From an uncultured Thermodesulfatator sp. (GTDB taxonomy: Bacteria > Desulfobacterota > Dissulfuribacteria > Dissulfuribacterales > QOAL01): 29,803 bases of DNA. The position numbers were made by a program, and so were the translations under genes. Below the pieces are notes generated by a model. It saw nothing but the letters and a program-made list of their open reading frames with translations. It searched no databases and was not told the DNA's origin. The stretch is from the NCBI GenBank assembly GCA_964581255.1, contig CAZOMT010000007.1:1-29803 (forward strand). The letters are read 5' to 3'. Shown here piece by piece: positions 25,780-29,803 of the stretch; position 1 is the stretch's first letter, and every line of letters begins with the position of its first letter.

Positions 25780-26940
25780 ATGCTTTGTCCCTATTGCCTT
25801 GAAGATTGCATACCAACGATCAAAGGAAACGAGTACCAGTGCCCTAAGTGCAAGGAGCGTCTTGAAAGGGAATATGTTGAAAAAAGGCATATTCCAAGGA
25901 CCACTATAGGACTTATTGGGTTTTCCGGCCACGGTAAGACAGCTTATATTACCAGTCTTTTTTATGTCTTGAAAGATATTCTCATGCAGAAATCATTCTG
26001 GCGCGATTTCACTTTAGTGGCGCTTGACAAAAACACAATGGCTGGAGTGTACGACAGAGTACAATTCCTAAAGGATGGGGAGCTTCCGCCACCAACTCCT
26101 TTGAACTTTCCAAGGCCTTGTATCGTAAAGTTTTCAGGCCTGCCGTTTGAAGACAATACCTACAGGGAATACTTCGTCACATTCTACGACATAGGCGGGG
26201 AGGTATATGGAGATGAAGAACACATAACAGATAAGGCAAAGATCATTGCCAAGTCAATAAATGTTCTTTTTCTTATAAGCATTTCAGACAGAAAAGGCAA
26301 CTGGCAAGACAGGATATACAGGCTGCTCAACACATATATCCTTGGCGTAAGGAACAAGCTGAAACTAGACCCAAAGAAGTACCAGAACCTGATTGTTGTC
26401 TTTACAAAGGCAGATGAGATCCTGGACAAGCTATCTGGCGAGCTGAGCAATTACCTTATTACCGGTACCTATACGTGCTATCCCCGCCTGGACGGAACCT
26501 TGGAGGAGATCGATAAGAAATCCAGGATGATAGAGCAATGGCTCAGGGAACAGGATGCCGGCGGGTTCGTAAACCTGGCGCGCCAGCAGTTTAAGAGTGT
26601 GCACTACACTGTTGCATCCGCACTTGGCGCTAGACCTGATGGACAAAGGCTTCATGCAGAGATTCAGCCAGATGATCCGAAGCGGGTTCTTGATCCATTT
26701 ATCCTTGCTCTAAACAACCATTACCCGCTTCCTTTTAGACTCAAGGACTGGATCAATAAGCGTGCCGGGATCTTTTTGGCAGTAATCCTTGCTATCATCA
26801 TAAGTATCTTTTTGCTGATGAATTTCTTTGGGAAATCTCCTCCCCTTCCCCTGAAATTCCATACCAGCACAGTGCAACACAGCAAAACCAACATCCATGA
26901 CACCTTGCAGAAACCAAGCCTCAAGGGGGAAGTCAGATGA
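25780..26940 (+). CDS. Zn-ribbon + P-loop GTPase with a C-terminal transmembrane anchor
   Basis: The start lies 5 nt after the upstream stop.
- Zn-ribbon: CPYC...x13...CPKC.
- G1: GFSGHGKT (25918-25941).
- G3: DIGGE (26188-26202).
- G4: TKAD (26404-26415).
- TM helix: GIFLAVILAIIISIFLLMNFF (~26763-26830). Confidence 0.75.
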   Translation: MLCPYCLEDCIPTIKGNEYQCPKCKERLEREYVEKRHIPRTTIGLIGFSGHGKTAYITSLFYVLKDILMQKSFWRDFTLVALDKNTMAGVYDRVQFLKDGELPPPTPLNFPRPCIVKFSGLPFEDNTYREYFVTFYDIGGEVYGDEEHITDKAKIIAKSINVLFLISISDRKGNWQDRIYRLLNTYILGVRNKLKLDPKKYQNLIVVFTKADEILDKLSGELSNYLITGTYTCYPRLDGTLEEIDKKSRMIEQWLREQDAGGFVNLARQQFKSVHYTVASALGARPDGQRLHAEIQPDDPKRVLDPFILALNNHYPLPFRLKDWINKRAGIFLAVILAIIISIFLLMNFFGKSPPLPLKFHTSTVQHSKTNIHDTLQKPSLKGEVR

Positions 26941-28799
26941 AGATTGATCACTTCATATACACAAGGGTGGATGAGGACATATCCCCGTGGGAGAAAAGTG
27001 GTTTTCAGATGGCCTTTTACCCCCTGGAGCTTTTCAGTAAAAAGGCCCGCATCCATATAGAGGGCCGCATTCACTGGGCAGAGGATATCAAGCCCTCAAG
27101 CAAGATATCAGTCTTTTTCCAGAACCTAAAGGGAGAGGACAGGCTTATCATCCTTTATTACACGGATCAGCCAGAGGCCACAGACAAGTTTGGAAGAAGG
27201 GGCATATTTCTATGCCACGGCCTGGTCTTCCCCCGTACAATCTGGCAGGCCTTGCCAAGCCCACTGCGTGCCCTTGACCTGGTAAAAGACCACATCTTTA
27301 AAGATATAAATGACGCCCTTTCCTCTTCCCTTGTTGACAGGGCAACTGGAAACTTGGCGCCCATCACCATTGATTCCTCAAAGCTTGAGGGTGTGTCACA
27401 GGGGCTTGCCGCCCTTGGCTCTGAGCTTGAGCGGCAGCTTGTGATTCTTCTTAACCGGGCGGCCCGCTCCCAGGAAGAGATGCCCCGGTTTCTTCTTCAT
27501 GGCACACCTGACCATGTCTCCCAATTCATGGACAGGATTGTGGCCTATGTGCCCGATGCCTTCAAGCCCAACCTTGGCTGGGATCCTGCCCTTGATGGCG
27601 GAAGCCTGTTTCACAGCCCGTTCATGATCGCTGGTTACTCGGCCTCGAGGCCTACAGGGGCAGATCCGGTCCATATAGACCTTGAGTCAGTTACCATGGA
27701 ACCTTCGCCTGGAACCACCCTTGACCTGTCTCCAAGGACATCCTACGAGCACTGGTTCATCCGTTGCCAGGATAAGATCAGGCAAAAGCGCCAGATCGAG
27801 GATGTGTACCGCGCGGACCTCTTTTTGAACAAAAAGGGCGGGCCAGGCCCGTTCAAGCCAGATCCATGTTTTTTATCTCTTAACCAAGAGGCCATAGAGA
27901 GGCTTTTCTCAGAAACATGCCAAAGGGTGTTGGACCCGTCCCTCTGCTCCTTTGTTTTCCAGTACACAGGGCTTGATAAGAAATTAGAGCTTCTTTTGCA
28001 AGAGCTTCCCATGAAAAGGATCGCCAGTATCCTGGACAGCATAATCCCTGACAGGGAAAGTCCAGTTCCTGGAAGCATAAAGACCCCTTTCCCAGATCAA
28101 TTACTAAAACATGCAGGGCCAGTTCTAAGGTGCATACACCATTTATGGCTGGAAGGGAAACTGACCCCAGAGGATCTTTCGTCTTTTTCCCATGGGGAAA
28201 AGCTAAGGCTCTGCCGCTACATCCTTCTTTATTTCACAAAAGAGCCCTGGGTTTCAGATATCCTCAAGGCCGAAAAAGAGATCTTTGACCAGCTCATGTC
28301 AGAGGCAAGGGGCCGCATCACAGATGTCCTTAAAACCCACCTTGTCACAAGAAAGAATCTCTCAGGTGAGCTTGCCGGACTCATCGTCAGGGAAGCCCTA
28401 AGACAAGACAAGGCAGAAGGCATCCTTGATGACGATTTCAACTACTTCCCCCTGCTGGAACAGATGATCAAGGCTGCAAGGTTCTCTGAATCAGATATCA
28501 ATGCGCTTTTCGCTCAAGGGCCTGGGGTATGGCAGAGGCTGCCAAAGGATGCATTTCCTTTCCTGCAGGCCTTCTTGATGCCTAAGATAGGGGTAGCAGA
28601 AGAGGTTTTGAACGATTCGCGCATAAGATTGAGCCTTCTTCAGGTGCTTGTCAAAAGGCACAACTACAAAGAGCGAGATTTGTCAGGCCTCAACTACACA
28701 AAAGAAGAGATAGAGAAGGCAATTTTAGATGCAAGGTCCAAGGAAGGCCTGCTTGGCAGGATAAAATCCATGTTTGCCTTTAAGGGGAGGAGATCATGA
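26937..28799 (+). CDS. Uncharacterised 620-aa protein; N-terminus resembles GTPase-associated protein 1 (GAP1)-type domains
   Basis: There is an ATGA start/stop overlap with the GTPase gene (26937-26940). N-terminal HFIYTR...x11...SGFQMAFYP and later GRRGIFLCHGLVF resemble, from memory, the (Y/H)T...GFQ ... GR.G.(Y/F).H.LV signature. That signature belongs to proteins encoded next to conflict-system GTPases. The rest is mostly helical with no motif I recognise. Confidence 0.5.
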   Translation: MKIDHFIYTRVDEDISPWEKSGFQMAFYPLELFSKKARIHIEGRIHWAEDIKPSSKISVFFQNLKGEDRLIILYYTDQPEATDKFGRRGIFLCHGLVFPRTIWQALPSPLRALDLVKDHIFKDINDALSSSLVDRATGNLAPITIDSSKLEGVSQGLAALGSELERQLVILLNRAARSQEEMPRFLLHGTPDHVSQFMDRIVAYVPDAFKPNLGWDPALDGGSLFHSPFMIAGYSASRPTGADPVHIDLESVTMEPSPGTTLDLSPRTSYEHWFIRCQDKIRQKRQIEDVYRADLFLNKKGGPGPFKPDPCFLSLNQEAIERLFSETCQRVLDPSLCSFVFQYTGLDKKLELLLQELPMKRIASILDSIIPDRESPVPGSIKTPFPDQLLKHAGPVLRCIHHLWLEGKLTPEDLSSFSHGEKLRLCRYILLYFTKEPWVSDILKAEKEIFDQLMSEARGRITDVLKTHLVTRKNLSGELAGLIVREALRQDKAEGILDDDFNYFPLLEQMIKAARFSESDINALFAQGPGVWQRLPKDAFPFLQAFLMPKIGVAEEVLNDSRIRLSLLQVLVKRHNYKERDLSGLNYTKEEIEKAILDARSKEGLLGRIKSMFAFKGRRS

Positions 28800-28864
28800 G
28801 CGGTGTCATTCACAGGTTCAGGCTAAGGGGCAGCAAGAGTAAAGGAATGGCGGAGGGTTAGGGT

Positions 28865-29803
28865 ATGAGGTTAAGAGGTCTCTGGATTCTCAGGGTCATT
28901 TCTCTCGCGGTCTGTGCGGTATTGCTCCTTTCGGAGGTGGGGTGGGGTGCGACCACCTATGATGTAAAGAGGTGGGAGAGAGAAAAGGCAGTAGAGCCAT
29001 TGATAAAAGCGCTCAAGGATTCTGACTCGTCTGTTCGTAAGGCCGCAGCCCAGGCATTGGTAGTAATTGGCAAACCAGCAGTAGGGCCATTAATAGAAGC
29101 GCTCAAGGATTCTAACTCGTCTATCCGCGCATTTGCAGCCTTGGCATTGGGGAAGATAGGTGATAAGCGAGCAGTAGGGCCATTGATAAAAGCGCTTAAG
29201 GATTCTGACTCGTCTGTTGTCCGCGCATTTGCAGCCTTGGCATTGGGGGAGATAGGTGACAATCGCGCAGTAGGGCCATTGATAAAAGCACTCAAGGATT
29301 CTTCCTGGGCTGTCCGCGCAGTTGCAGCCTTGGCATTGGGGAAGATAGGTGATAAGCGAGCAGTAGGGCCATTAATAGAAGCGCTCAAGGATTCTCACTC
29401 GTGGGTCCGCTATGATGCAGCCGAGGCATTAGGTAAGATAGGTGACAAGCGAGCAGTAGAGCCATTGATAAAAGCGCTTGAGGATTCTGACTGGTATGTG
29501 CGCTATCAAGCAGCCGAGGCATTGGGGAAGATAGGTGACAAGCGAGCAGTAGAGCCATTGATAAAAGCGCTCAAGGATTCTGACTCGTGGGTCCGCTATG
29601 ATGCAGCCGAGGCATTGGTAAAAATTGGCAAGCCAGCAGCAGAGCCATTGATAAAAGCGCTCAAGGATTCTGACTCGGATGTCCGTTGGCGAGCAGCCGA
29701 GGCATTGGGGAAGATAGGTGATAAGCGAGCAGTAGGGCCATTGATAGAAGCGCTCAAGGATTCTAACTGGCTTGTCCGTGATAATGCAGCCGAGGCATTG
29801 GGG
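28865..29803 (+). CDS. Secreted HEAT-repeat (PBS-lyase HEAT-like) protein, 3' end outside window
   Basis: This gene is not in the supplied ORF track because no stop falls inside the window. My manual translation from ATG 28865 (GGAGGG at 28852-28857) is open for 313 codons to nt 29803. It starts with MRLRGLWILRVISLAVCAVLLLSEVGWG, a signal-peptide-like stretch. About 9.8 units of AV(E/G)PLIKALKDSD..VR..AAEALGKIGDKR follow. Confidence 0.8.
   Translation, partial: MRLRGLWILRVISLAVCAVLLLSEVGWGATTYDVKRWEREKAVEPLIKALKDSDSSVRKAAAQALVVIGKPAVGPLIEALKDSNSSIRAFAALALGKIGDKRAVGPLIKALKDSDSSVVRAFAALALGEIGDNRAVGPLIKALKDSSWAVRAVAALALGKIGDKRAVGPLIEALKDSHSWVRYDAAEALGKIGDKRAVEPLIKALEDSDWYVRYQAAEALGKIGDKRAVEPLIKALKDSDSWVRYDAAEALVKIGKPAAEPLIKALKDSDSDVRWRAAEALGKIGDKRAVGPLIEALKDSNWLVRDNAAEALG
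28988..29803 (+). repeat. Tandem 90-96-bp coding repeats (HEAT units), highly similar at the nucleotide level
   Basis: Units begin at 28988, 29078, 29171, 29267, 29360, 29453, 29546, 29636 and 29729. They share the core gcagta(g/a)ggccattgataaaagcgctcaaggattct. Units are contiguous and in frame, with no unique spacers. Confidence 0.85.

Noticed and set aside
28796-28861. 21-codon ORF (MSGVIHRFRLRGSKSKGMAEG) whose ATG overlaps the stop of the 620-aa gene
   Set aside because: It is too short and featureless to support. The region is better explained as the spacer carrying the ribosome-binding site for the HEAT-repeat gene.
28957-29388. 143-aa minus-strand ORF with an internal repeat (SA(F/S)INGPTARLSPI.PNAKAA)
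   Set aside because: It is the mirror image of the HEAT-repeat coding array. The plus strand gives canonical HEAT units, a signal peptide, a GGAGGG ribosome-binding site and an open frame to the window end.
28988-29803. Regular ~93-bp repeats that could be mistaken for a CRISPR-like array
   Set aside because: The units are directly contiguous with no unique spacers. They are 90-96 bp long, stay in one open reading frame and encode HEAT repeats. No cas genes are present.

Overview
The window is almost entirely coding and looks like an accessory signalling or conflict-type island, not housekeeping DNA. All family names below come from motifs I read by eye in the supplied translations. No database search was run.

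Left edge (1-2340): one 5'-truncated AAA/DUF4143-type ATPase gene and a convergent, decayed paralogue with stop codons inside its Walker A box.

Minus-strand operon (12136 down to 2418):
- Hanks-type Ser/Thr kinase with a C-terminal Clp_N-like double repeat
- small FHA protein
- PP2C phosphatase
- vWA lipoprotein with a C-terminal TM helix
- 950-aa tubulin/FtsZ-superfamily GTPase
- 765-775-aa paralogue of that GTPase whose GTP-binding signature is degenerate

Divergent plus-strand unit (12229-16371):
- ~1000-aa kinase-TPR-(DUF4071-like)-SLOG(YpsA-like)-RyR protein
- TIR-domain protein

Plus-strand operon after a 547-bp gap (16919 to the window end):
- MoxR-like AAA+ ATPase
- ~700-aa unknown partner
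- non-RD kinase with 11 near-identical TPR units
- ClpA-like double-AAA+ unfoldase
- NrdG-like radical-SAM activase with no glycyl-radical partner
- Zn-ribbon/P-loop GTPase with a C-terminal TM helix
- 620-aa protein whose N-terminus resembles the 'GTPase-associated protein 1' (GAP1) family
- secreted HEAT-repeat protein, 3'-truncated by the window edge

No rRNA, tRNA, CRISPR array, transposase or integrase was recognised.

Best candidates for an undescribed system:
1. The TIR + SLOG-kinase pair, which has Thoeris-like logic but a kinase output.
2. The phospho-regulated vWA/tubulin-pair operon.
3. The Clp / radical-SAM / GTPase / GAP1-like cassette.
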